From Rhizodiscina lignyota (Eukaryota), in the NCBI GenBank assembly GCA_010015805.1, contig ML978121.1:2480001-2544000 (forward strand): a stretch of DNA of 64,000 bases, given 5' to 3'. Positions 52,936 through 64,000 of the stretch are shown one piece after another (within the stretch, counting starts at the first letter, position 1; every line of letters starts with the position of its first letter). Made by a program: the position numbers and the translations under genes. The notes under the pieces were generated by a model that worked only from the letters and a program-made list of their open reading frames with translations, made no database searches and was not told the origin of the DNA.

Positions 52936-53880
52936 ATGGCAGCCAATACGAAATACACACCCGCGCCGCAGCGCGACTCTTTTGAGGAGCAGGGCAGCTA
53001 CAGCCAGCCTCCACCATCGTACCAGGCTGAGGCCTCCAGTGGCGATGCACTGCTGGGTGCCCCTCGGAGCGAAGACGACAACCTGCCAGATGATTTCAAG
53101 GTGAGTCTCAAAAGATCGAAGAAGCAGGCGGTTTTGGAAATAGTAACTTGGCAATAGTTCGGTGGTGTCATCTCTGAAGCGACGCTCGACATTCGAATGC
53201 AGTTCATCCGCAAAGTCTATGCGATTCTGTAGGTCCCGAAACGCAGCGAGAGCATAGTGACAGTAGATACTAATATTTTCGGCAGGACTGTTCAACTTGT
53301 CGCAACCGCCGCCCTCAGCGCCGTGTCCTTCTGGAGCCCCTCATACAAGCAATGGATCCAATCCAACGCGTGGATGATGTGGATCAGTCTCTTCGGCGCC
53401 ATCGCATTCATGCTCCTTACCTTCTGGAAGCGCAAGTCTTATCCCGCCAATCTCCTCTTCCTCTCCGGCTTTACTGCGCTCGAGGCGTATAGCATCTCGG
53501 TTATTACATCCTTCTATGAGAGTAAAATTGTTCTGGAAGCTTTGATCTTTACCTTGGGCATATTCATCGCGCTCACGCTCTTTGCGTGCCAGACCAAGTA
53601 CGACTTTACTAGCTGGATGCCATATCTATTTGGAGGTCTTTGGGTTTTGATCATCTTCGGCTTCATGGCGGCGTTCTTCCCGTATAACAGCAAGGTCGAG
53701 CTGGGCTATGGCATTATCGCAGCTCTTATCTTCAGCGGATACATTCTTGTGGATACCCAGCTGATCTTGAGGCACTATCACGTCGAGGAGGAGATTGCCG
53801 CCGCGATCAGCTTGTATCTGGATGTTATCAACCTGTTCTTGGCTATCCTGCGGATCCTCAACAGCCAACAGAACAACTAG
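52936..53880 (+). CDS. BXI1: Bax inhibitor-1/TMBIM family protein
   Basis: DDNLPDDFKFGG, IRMQFIRKVYAILTVQL, seven hydrophobic segments, YILVDTQLI, ISLYLDVINLFL. Introns 53101-53157 and 53229-53285. Confidence 0.95.
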
Positions 53881-54592
53881 AGGGCTGTTTACCGCTTCAG
53901 ACTACCACCGATTGACGGATACATACGTCGGACTATTCCTTCTACTGACTGAACATCTAGGAGCTGGAGTTTGCTTGGATGCGGCACGGAGAATTGGCAT
54001 GGTGTATGAGGCTCTTTCTACATAGTATTATTCCGATCGCAGTTCAATGCATATGAGACTTGCAATTTCTTGCGTGCTTCTGGTGCAGTCTCCTGTCAGC
54101 ATCTTAACACGAATGGATATAGCTGTCCTCGGCTTGGATCTACAGCATGAAACGTGATAGTAAACTGCAAGTATGATTGGTGCGGAACTCAATCGAGCTT
54201 GTGGGGGACCCTGAACCTGCAAAGCTTCAGGGCTTCCCCAAAATTCGCGTGACACCACCAGGAGCTCTCTCAAACAACAGGAGCATCAGTGGCACATCCG
54301 CGAGAACCCGCCTGTCCTTTACATCCTCTATGATAATTTACGGCAGCTCAATCGTTCCATTCCACTCGCTCAATTGATCGCATTGCAACGTCGCGACCGA
54401 GAGCGTTGGGATTCTGCCCCCGCAAATCGCAAAATCAAGCTACACCGCCTTGCATCGGCACACCTGCTTCACACGACCTTGCTCCGCGCTTAAACCGCTA
54501 CCTGGTGTAGCCGATTTCGCTGAACGACTCTCTAAGACCAATCGATGTTCTGAATCGTAATCTCCATCACTTTACAATCGCTTGACAGCGCT

Positions 54593-56466
54593 ATGGCTGC
54601 TGCATCCTCCAGCAAAGACATACCAACCCTCGTCGACAACTTCGTGCCATTGAAAGAGAACTTTGATGGCGATAAGGACGATCCGAAAGAGAAGGATTCA
54701 GAGCAGAATTGGGAGTTGGAGAGGGATTTAGCTCTTCAACAGACTCCCGAATATGAGCTGGACGAGAAGAAGTCTGCAGTGGCAGCAGCAAAGCATGTGA
54801 GCGATGCGAGAGGAAACGTCAAACAGATGAAGAACGATAGTCTCTTGCGCGTGCTGTGCGCCTATGTGGTGGAGCATCAGATTGGTGAGTTTGACCTTTT
54901 GTACTCCAACTTCTCTAAACCAATTTTTGGTGGCTGCTATTTATCCCTTCTGAACGACTACTCTGCCACCACATGTCACTGACAAATTATCTCAAGGTAT
55001 TTCGGTGAACCTCCTCCTCCTTCTCATTTTGACCCATGGTCTGTTCCCTCGTGCTCGGCCGTTGACTCGCAAATTTTACGAACTCTCATACCACGACGCA
55101 TCCACTGGTAAATATACACAAGGATGGGACGACCTATGTTTCGTTGTCTTTTGGGTTGTTGTGTTGACTGGGCTGAGGGCGGCTCTGATGGACTACATCT
55201 TAAAGCCTGCCGCTCGTGCTGGAGGCATTAGGAAGAGTAGGGTCAGACTACGATTTGCAGAGCAGGCATGGATCGGAATATATCCCACAGGGTCTTGGAG
55301 TCTGGGAATGGTACGTTATTCTCAAAATGCTCGTTTAATCGATGCTTGGCAGCACATTTCCAGTTTTACTAACATGTAGACCAGTATATCATGTATCACA
55401 GCCCATACTGGTTGAACCTTCGCGAGATGTGGGCATCCTGGCCTAGTCCACAGATGGACGGTCTCGTTAAATGGTACTACCTTGTTCAGTTCGCCTTTTG
55501 GCTGCAGCAAATCGTCGTTGTAAACATCGAGGAGCGCCGGAAAGACTACGCTCAAATGTTTACACATCACATCTTCACCTGCACCCTCATTTTTTTCAGC
55601 TACGGCTCCTATCAGATCCCAGCTGGCATCGTCATTCTATGCATTATGGACGTTGTCGATATTTTACTACCCGTAAGTTTAGACGCCCAAAAATTGTTCT
55701 GGGGCTAAGCTGACTTTTGTGATAGCTGGCTAAATGCCTCAAATACCTTAAATTCACCACGGCGTGCGATATTGGCTTCGGCGTCTTTCTCATTACTTGG
55801 TTCATCGCTCGTCACTTGTGCTACCTCCTCGTCTGCTGGAGTCTCTACGCCCACGCCCCCCAGATCATTTATGGCTGCTTTTCAGCCTCTTCTGGAGCTT
55901 TGGTGTCTTCCGACATATCCAATTATCCTGGTGGCACTGAAATAATGTCTAATCTCATGGTCGGCTGGACAAATCCAGGTGGTGTCATTTGCTTCAATCC
56001 ACAGACCAGATGGACTTTCCTCGCCCTTTTGCTGGGATTGCAGGTGATCACGTTGATTTGGTTCGGCATGATCATTCGCGTTGCATGGGGAGTGATCATG
56101 GGTCGTGGCGCGGATGATTCAAGGAGCGACGACGAGGACGGAGACGAGTCGGAGGATGAAGAAGTCGATGGCCAGTCGAGGCCTCCGCCACCCACCGCCG
56201 CTATTTCGCTATCGACTTCCTTGGCACAACGACCACCATCTGCGGGCTCAAATGGTAGTCAGTCTAGTCGCTCCACCCCATACGAGGAAGAGGTCGGTGT
56301 TGATGAGCTGTATCTGGGAATGAGGAGGACACCGAGCCCGAGAATGAAGAGGATGAGAAGTGGTGGGAAGGGCAGAACGAGCGCGATCAGCATTCCAGGG
56401 CACTCGGACCCTAAGGACATCTTGAACCGCATCGGCTGCGAAACCAAGACTACAGACCAAGATTAA
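54593..56466 (+). CDS. Ceramide synthase (TLC/Lag1p motif), BarA/Bar1-type; 3 introns
   Basis: QGWDD, RFAEQAW, KWYYLVQFAFWLQQ, EERRKDYAQMFTHH, MDVVDILL, DDSRSDDED. Introns 54885-54996, 55311-55384, 55673-55725. Confidence 0.92.
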
Positions 56467-56771
56467 AGATGAGATATCCTAAGGAGAAGAAATACCTGGG
56501 GTGCGAGTAGATGTGGCTTTTGGCAGAGCACTCAAGCTCATGGCGTTTTCGTAGAGAGGTGGGCGCAAGAACACTTGAATATTGTCTCACATAAACTTTA
56601 TGATTCCCCCAGCTGCATTTTATAGAGTACATTGGGTTTAAATACATTTGCAGCCACACATGTATGATGACATCAACTTTGTGAATTTATGGCGACGATC
56701 ATTTGTTCAAGCTGAAGCCCTCCCTTCCTTGACGATACTTATAACCTGGTCCTGTCTTCGTAAGATTCGCA

Positions 56772-57030
56772 ATGCAAGGATTCCAAATCACAGTCCGCGG
56801 AGTTTCTAACATCCAGCGTCAGGCGGAGCTTGCGATTTTGTCGATTAGTGTATCAGGGGATTGCTACCGAAGTTCTTTTCAAGCCAACTGCAAGCCTTCC
56901 TCCGTGGCCTTGCATCGAAAGATGAATCTGGCGAACCGACGAGCGACGCGTGCGTTTCTAAATGGAGCATGGGCACCTTTGTAACATCCTCATATCTACC
57001 AAGGTGGCCCGATGGAGGATGGCGCACTGC
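56772..57030 (+). pseudogene. Frameshifted, truncated SIMPL/DUF541-family gene
   Basis: ITVRGVSNIQRQAELAILSISVS, then frame changes to IATEV and SSQLQAFLRGLASKDESGEPTSDACVSKWSMGTFVTSSYLPR. Similarity then ends. Confidence 0.6.
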
Positions 57031-57336
57031 ACCTGTCGTTTGCTCCGGAAGATGTGGTGTTGCGCTCTCAGGTCAAGACGACGTTCGTAGCGGAATGATA
57101 GAAAGAGCTAGGGCGAGTACATTAGTCCGAGATAGCTCTCTACTCGAGACACCCATCAAAGGCTATATTTCTTTTGCGCTAAATCACCAATATGGGCTTG
57201 ATCTTTAGAACCGCAGTTGTGATGAACGCTAAAACGGGCGACAGCTTAAAGTATGGTGCAGCGGTCCTACATGATCTGTAAATGATGAATGTACATGTAC
57301 GAAGACGAAGATTTCTTTATTGGTTCTTGCTGAGCT

Positions 57337-58811
57337 TCACGTCTTCACACCCTGTCTTAGATTGTCCATCTTCTTTCCACCACTGTGTGACCACGTAGTC
57401 ATATCTCTTCTTCCAAGCGACATCTTGTTTACCCATTCTCTACTCGTATACACCTCTTCTACCTCGTTCTCCCTTCCCGTCTTCTTCAAATGCTCCATTA
57501 TTATCTCGCTCTCTGCACCCAAATGCCGCAGCTTTACATCGTACTCTGGCCGCGTGAAATACACGAGAGAATACCGCTCACAGTCCGCTTGGGCACCAGG
57601 TGGCGAGATGACCCGGTGGATGTTAGAACGTAGAACTCCAGCGGAGAACTTGGTCATCGCATCCCCGAGGTTGATGACGGCATGCCCTGGGATGGGAACA
57701 ACATAAGCCCACTCCGAATCCTCCTCTGCTGTCATCTCGGAGCCGTCTTGAGAGTATTTTACCTTCCCAATCGTGGACGGGTCGTCCACATCAGATGGGG
57801 GTATGGGGTTCATCCCTGGAGGTAGCCTGATTTGCAGACCACCGACTAGAGGTGCGACGTCAGTACATTCCGAGATGCGGATAAGACTTCATTCACTGAC
57901 CTTTATTGAACAGGACAGTGACTGACCCAAAATCCGTATGCTCTCCATTCGACAGGGTACGATCATCAGGTGGCTGCGGAGGAACGTGGATGAGGCGGAC
58001 TTGATCTCCAGAAGGGCCATGGAGACGATGCCATTCTGCGAATGTGCCAGGCTGGAGCCCCAATTTATCGTTGAGAATTCTCATGATCAACGTGGTGATG
58101 GCATGGGTGTGGGTGACATACGAAGCGAAGAGCGGTCGCTTCTCCTTGATGACATCGGGGTTTGGCTGGGGTTCCGAGTCGCCGAGTACGTCGTTCTTCG
58201 AGACGTTCCAGTACTCATTTCTATCTCGGGTGCCTTTCTTGTCGAGGATGTTCCTCCCAAAGCTCTTGTATCTATGAGCCGTCAGCTTGGGTACATACGC
58301 GATTGAACCGGTCGAAGAGCAATGGGTGCCGTCTAACGTCCACAGATGTATCCTTCGAGAAGACCCATGCAAGAGCACAAGTTCCAGATATTCGTACCAA
58401 CACGAATATAATATGAAATTGACTTGAACATGCTCCGACTTACCCAAAGTAGATACCCTCAGCCGTGCGGTCGTACTTTACTTTCTCTTCTGCTGGAAGC
58501 GCATACATGTCCTTCATCAGCTCAAATAGCCGATCTTTCTCATCCAAGATTGCATTTCCATCGATCTCATTCTCTTTCACTCCATCAACGTCCACTGGTC
58601 CTGAATCGCCCATCCGCATGTCCAGGTAGAAAAAGCCGACATCACGGCATGTATCCCATAGACGAGCTTCCTCACTTTGATCTCCATTGGCGAGCTTTTG
58701 GAGCGAGATACGCAGTAAAGGAGCAGTTGGCACTGCCTTAGAGAACGGCGGTAGCGAAGGGAAGGTTGTCTCGACGTGGTCGAAGAGGTCTTTGTCAGCA
58801 GCTGGTGCCAT
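57337..58811 (-). CDS. 2-oxoglutarate/Fe(II)-dependent dioxygenase (DIOX_N + 2OG-FeII_Oxy); 2 introns
   Basis: CRDVGFFYL, facial triad EHTDFGSVTVLF...HRV, 2OG-binding RYS, INLGDAM. Introns 58443-58272 and about 57900-57846. Confidence 0.92.
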
Positions 58812-59697
58812 TTTGGTAGCCTTGGTACATATGAAAGCTGCACTACACGAGGAACATCAATGGTCCCATGCACATCCTCAGTGATATATTGCACGTCTAT
58901 GTCTCCTCGGCAATGCTTCCGAGCCGTTTGACCCCGACCTTTCCCTAATTTCCATTGTTATGCCCTAAATAAGATGTTATGAGATTCAGGGTTGTGAGAA
59001 ACCCCGCAAATTCAACGCGTCCGGAAAGACACATTCCGTAGATTGAACATATCACACGCCACTCAATTGAGTATGACGTTGAGTCCAATTATGAAAGGTA
59101 CCTAGTTCTGGTTGTAGCAGGAGAATATAGTCAGATATCTATGATCACGTTATCTTCCCCGGATGCCTATGCTCTCTAAGTCAAGGCACAGTGGTAACAA
59201 CTTCAAATCGGCTCGGCGGGCTCGGTCTTCTTATGTACTAATTCAACTAATGAATCAGATCTATCAGATGATTTAAACACCACAACTTCTCTATCCGCAA
59301 TTAAAAATCTGTTACGTTACTGGCGTAGACCAAAAATCTGCTATGGCGCCCCTAGCACGCTAAGGATAGACACCAATTTTCTTCAGTCAATATAATATTT
59401 TCATCAAAGTTATGTTTTCTCAATAAACACCGCCTAGATTGCATTTAATTAAACATTTAGAGACGCTATCGCCTGGGTTGAAGAGCAAAAGTCCACAACT
59501 GCACGAGTTCCGACTTCATCGGGCTCATTATTTTGTCGCTCCTGCATGGTGCGCACGGACCTGTAGCTAATCTAGATCTCGCATACTATGACGAAATCGC
59601 AGTTCCTCCATCTACCTAAGGCTATGCTCCATCTCTTTGCCACAACCTGAGACCACACCACAATATAAGCATTTCAGAAATTTCTGTAACCGTCATC

Positions 59698-60485
59698 ATG
59701 GCTATGCTTGGGCTTGGAGTCTTCTATGGCGGCGTCATCGTTGGCATACCCGTAGTCACAGGCGTCGCCGAAGGAGTCCAACATCAGAAGGAGCAGAACA
59801 AGGAGGCTGCGAACGAAGAGCGGATGGTCAAGTTTCACCTCGATGTGTTTTGCGGCGACAATTCGCCAAAGAGAAAGGAAGTGGATGGTACGATGGTAGT
59901 CATGCGGAATGGCAAGGTGCGCTCAACGACGCAATGCAACTGCATATTGGAGCTGACTTTTTTTCCCTGCAGGTCTACCTCTCACCAAAAGGCGAAGATA
60001 AGCAACCATTGCCACCAGCCGGTGGCGGTCCAGCTCCTCATCCGTTCACCGGCTTCTACATCATGTACCCTGATGACGATCGAAGTCCCCCCCAACGTGG
60101 TCTTGTCAGCACGATATCCGTCGACCCGCCAATGCTGAACTGGATTTACGCTGATCGAGATACATTGGAATTGAAATATGGCAATCGAACGCAGTCCATC
60201 GAGCACACTGTAGGACCGTGGGACTGGACTGAAGACGAGTCTGGTGTCACGCTGGAAGACTGGGAAGGCTTCGTTGCAGTTGAAGAGGATGATGGCTGGG
60301 CAATATATTACGACATCAATGACGATAGACTAGACAATGGAAACAAGGTTGGCGGCAAGAAGGTACTACAGTGCAGTTTGGAGAGGAGAGTTTTCGATGA
60401 AGAACAGCAGAAGCAGGACATGGAGGCTGCGGACAAGAAGATGAGCGTGAAGAAAACAGGCGATTTAAAAACTCAATGGGGATGA
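59698..60485 (+). CDS. Conserved fungal hypothetical protein
   Basis: Intron 59917-59972 joins two ORFs. Motifs IPVVTGVAEGV, HPFTGFYIMYPD, GLVSTISVDPPMLNWIYAD, GPWDWTED, WEGFVAVEE. Confidence 0.8.
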
Positions 60486-61555
60486 AATGTGAAAGGATCC
60501 GCAGAAACTCTGCGTACTCAGACAGCAATCGGCGCGGGAATCATTGCGCGCTGTACTTCAGAACCCTAAGAAATCATCGGTCATGGAGGCAAAATGCGTG
60601 GGGCTCAAGGCCCTTGGGTATCAACTGCAATAGGTTCTCTACTGCGAACTAGCTATATCTGGAGGGTTGTTCGCCCGACCGGCAGCAATTCGATAAAAGG
60701 GAGACAGCATGCATTGGAGTGGACTTCATTTGAAGTTGTGAGCTGTGTGAAGGGTCATAAACCACTTAGCCACTGAGCAAGTTGAAACGCCTAAGGGCGA
60801 GCAGCTCTCGCACTTCAACATTAGCGAGACTATCTCCGAAGGCTTAATTCTACGCTCCTCAGAGTGTATATAGCAATAACATACCATTGAAATCTTTCTA
60901 CGCTCTATTGGTTCTAGAGGCTATCAAACTCGTTCCATTCCCTGAAAGCTATTAACAATTTCTGTCACCCTGGAGTTCCCTTCCAACGCCGCAAAGCTCA
61001 TTCCAGACTATACAGGAGGTATGGCAGCAACACTTGAAGGTACAACATCCTTGAGACTTAAGCTACCTCTTCGGGGGCTCGATGAACGACACCTGAATAT
61101 ACTCTCTGATAATGTTGATCTGGGCGCTGTAAGCTGACGGAAGCTGAGCGGTCGAAAGTAGCGGGAGGAAAAGAACTACGTTTCGGCCTGGTTACTGAAG
61201 ACTGTTATGTAATTAAACTAGTCAAATATTCAATCCAGCACGATGAAGCAAGACCATTATTATACATTTCTGTTGAAAGGGTTTGTCTGAAGTTCAAGTT
61301 GGTGGGCATAATGTCTACCCCTATATCGTAGTCTCAGACGCGACTTGCCTATATCAGCACCTCCAAAACGAAGAAATGCACAAGAGAAGACAGCAAGATA
61401 ATTAGGGAGCTTTTATTATCTCCTAATAGGCAGGGCCTAAGAATACCAAAACCGCCAGGATTTAGAAATCTATTTCAATCGATACCATCCCGCCCAGGGT
61501 ATTAGACACTCCGAGGAATCGAGAAAGAAAAGTCCGAGTCAAATCTTCAGAACAA

Positions 61556-62569
61556 TCACCTCCGATGCAATTCCTTCGACTTCTTCCTGTCTAGTCTGCG
61601 GTTAACAGCGCCCAAGACTACTTTAAGCACCCCTTCGCCGGACAGTGGTTCGTCGCCCTCGCCAGTGTAAGGAACCGTGTCCACAATGTCGCGCAGATCA
61701 TCACCGCCAGCGAGCTCAGCCAGTTCGTCATCTAGCTGCTTCAAGTGCTCGCGGGCACCAGGCTCCTTGCCGACCTGGAAGAACTGAATGCCGACTTGCC
61801 ATGCTGGCGCATCGAATTTGTCGAGCTTCTTAGCAGCGTTAATGATAACACTCTCGACGTCATCGCTCGGTTCGCCATCGGTAATGACAATGATGTTAAG
61901 GGGCTTCGTGCCATCGGGATTAGCCTGATAGCGGTTCAAGTACGGCTTGAGAAGCTGATTGAGGCGCTGGCCAGTCGGAGTTCCGTACTGTGGTCGCACG
62001 GTAGAGAAGATTTCGCGCACAGTAGCTAGATCCTTGACACCCTGGAAGAACGGGTTGTCTGGCGCGTTAAGGAAATAGATGTCGATTCCGTCGGCATCAT
62101 GCTGCGTGCAGATGGGCGTAATAGTTTCGAGCGCGCCCTTCGTCTCCCGCCAGGAGCGACCGGCCATGCTGCCGGAGTCATCGATTAAGAAAACTGTGTC
62201 GAAGCTGCTAAGGAAGGCATAGCGATCATCTGCAGTCGCAGCTGAAGTTGACGATGTTTGCTCGCTTGAGCTAGTCGCCACAGGAGCGCTGTTAACTGGA
62301 GCCGCCGGAGTGTACGCTGGTGGCGGCTCATTCGACGGAACTGTAAAGGCGTTCATGCCGGGTCGGTCTTTGAAATTGTTAGAAGCTAGTTCCATATAAG
62401 TAGAGGCTTTGAACTCACCTGGTCGCCTCGTCGACGGAGCTGTCGAATTGTGGCGATTTGCGTTTCTAGCGTTGTTCAAATCTATTGGAGATTTGAAGCT
62501 TGGTTCTTTAGATTTTGATCCGGAGAGCTTGTGCTTTAAGCTCCCGAGAATGCTGTTCCTTGATGACAT
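61556..62569 (-). CDS. von Willebrand factor type A domain protein
   Basis: MIDAS FLIDDSGSM, GTPTG, IIVITDGEP, IQFFQVG, PPPAY motif. Probable in-frame intron 62418-62368. Start may be at an upstream in-frame ATG. Confidence 0.88.
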   Translation of the reverse strand: MSSRNSILGSLKHKLSGSKSKEPSFKSPIDLNNARNANRHNSTAPSTRRPGEFKASTYMELASNNFKDRPGMNAFTVPSNEPPPAYTPAAPVNSAPVATSSSEQTSSTSAATADDRYAFLSSFDTVFLIDDSGSMAGRSWRETKGALETITPICTQHDADGIDIYFLNAPDNPFFQGVKDLATVREIFSTVRPQYGTPTGQRLNQLLKPYLNRYQANPDGTKPLNIIVITDGEPSDDVESVIINAAKKLDKFDAPAWQVGIQFFQVGKEPGAREHLKQLDDELAELAGGDDLRDIVDTVPYTGEGDEPLSGEGVLKVVLGAVNRRLDRKKSKELHRR

Positions 62570-63359
62570 GCCACTGCTCGTTCGCCGCGGAAGGCTAGTT
62601 GCAGGAGAGTTGCATGAAGAGTTAAAGAGGTGAGAAGTATTTACGATGGTCGACATTGTGACACAGATTTTAAGCAAACACCGGTAGTGTGGCTCTTGCT
62701 TGCGGGGAAAGTCAGGTGGACTTGCTGTTATTTGTCTTGTGAAAATAAGTGCATGATTGTTGGTGAAGCCAACCTACCTTTATACATAACTACATAGTCG
62801 CCCCTTCTTCACGAAATGGGCATCATGATACGATCGCGTGCTCGAGGCAATGCAGAGGGCGAATATGCCTTGAGCGTACCAATCCCAACAGTGATAAGCT
62901 TTGAACCGCCGATACCCTTCATAATTCCCTCAAGGTGGACCTGGGCGTCTATCCGATGTTCTTTGTTGCGGCTCAGCCTCGTCACGTGAAATTTTAGTGA
63001 GCCACAATTAAGGCGGTGCATCGAGTAATGGGAGCCTGACTCCTGCAGCGCCACTATCAGGCTCCGCTTTGAATTCTGTGCCTTGTCTTGTCTCGTGTGG
63101 GGTACAGCCTGTGCACAGAGCCGAGTGGCTGGGTCGGGACCATTTGACCGAAAGAATTGTGAGGCTTCATCCACCCCCTTGATAATTTCCGGGTGACATG
63201 GCACAATGGCGCTATGTTATCATCCAGGGTCTCAAAAGCACGTTTTATGAATTGTCTGTGGCCTCATGGGCGGAGTCTATTGACAAGGCTTTGTGATAGA
63301 AGAGCAGGAAACCAGCCTTATCTGTGCAGGCGTATTCTCTCTGACAAATGCAGAGCAAC

Positions 63360-64000
63360 CTACACATCTCTGGAGGTCCAATCTCTTGTAACAGCCGTAA
63401 ACATGTCTCTGATATTGAGATGCCTCGTGAGGCACAAACTTCCGTGACCACGGTCACTGCCTGCCCTCGGTCTGCTACTCATCATCGAAGCGTTCCATAT
63501 GACCGGCCGCTTTGCATCGGTCCAGCTATAGTCTGCCCTACGGGCATCCCAACAGTCCGCACAAATTCCAATATCTATGTTTGCCGTATCAAGGCTGAGA
63601 TAGCGCTGGATATGATCAAGCAACGGCAAAAGCCTGCCTCGTAGGCCGCAATGCTTGTGATTCGTATCGATTTGGTATTCAGGGCATTGTCGCAGTGTGT
63701 CTATCAGGCGCTCGATGTCGCCTTGGTATTGCATCGGCCCATCTGGATTGAAGATAGAGCCTCGCAGAGGAAGCGTGTCAAGGCGATGGAAGAACCGCAT
63801 CATTTCGCCGAGTTGGAAAGAATCGCATTGAAGGGAGGAATCGTAGCCGAGTTTACATTGGCGCTCACCGTGGGTATAGAGCCTGAGAAAATGCGTTTGG
63901 ATGGATTGTAGGGTATCGAGGATGTATTCTCGACGCTGTATCATTTCCTCTGAAACGAATTAGCTGTATCATTCACCAGAAACCTCGATATCTTGATACC
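63360..64000 (-). CDS. 3' part of a conserved fungal hypothetical protein (possibly BTB-associated); continues beyond the window
   Basis: RREYILDTLQSIQTHFL...CKLGYDSSLQCDSFQLGEMMRFF...YQIDTNHKHCGLR. Acceptor TTTCAG at 63950. Confidence 0.7.

Noticed and set aside
58272..58443. TPP riboswitch or nested (stwintron) intron in the long dioxygenase intron
   Set aside because: No CTGAGA aptamer core and no internal branch/acceptor pair that would rebuild a donor.

Overview
Intron-containing eukaryotic DNA from a filamentous ascomycete (Pezizomycotina, probably a Dothideomycete; inferred from GT..CTAAC/CTGAC..YAG introns of about 45-170 nt and from gene content). The window is gene-dense with about 22 protein-coding genes. 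Recognisable genes: PAN3, a UBA-UAS-UBX protein, GH51 arabinofuranosidase, SPT8, a Hrr1/SAD-3/ZNFX1-type RNAi helicase, SYF2, an aquaglyceroporin, IST3, dynein light intermediate chain, a BEACH protein, vacuolar protease B, SMC3, Bax inhibitor-1, a BarA-type ceramide synthase, a 2OG-Fe(II) oxygenase and a vWA protein. Several fungal hypothetical genes and a few decayed relics are also present. I found no supportable rRNA, tRNA, CRISPR or intact transposon. The three most notable observations: (1) a 65-codon secreted prepropeptide predicted to release a 25-aa six-cysteine peptide; (2) a candidate splice switch in the PAN3 leader, where a GC versus GT 5' splice site decides whether an upstream AUG is a uORF or a 135-aa N-terminal extension; (3) an aquaglyceroporin with NPM/NPAKD pore motifs. 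Exon boundaries were read by eye. Family calls come from remembered motifs, not database searches.
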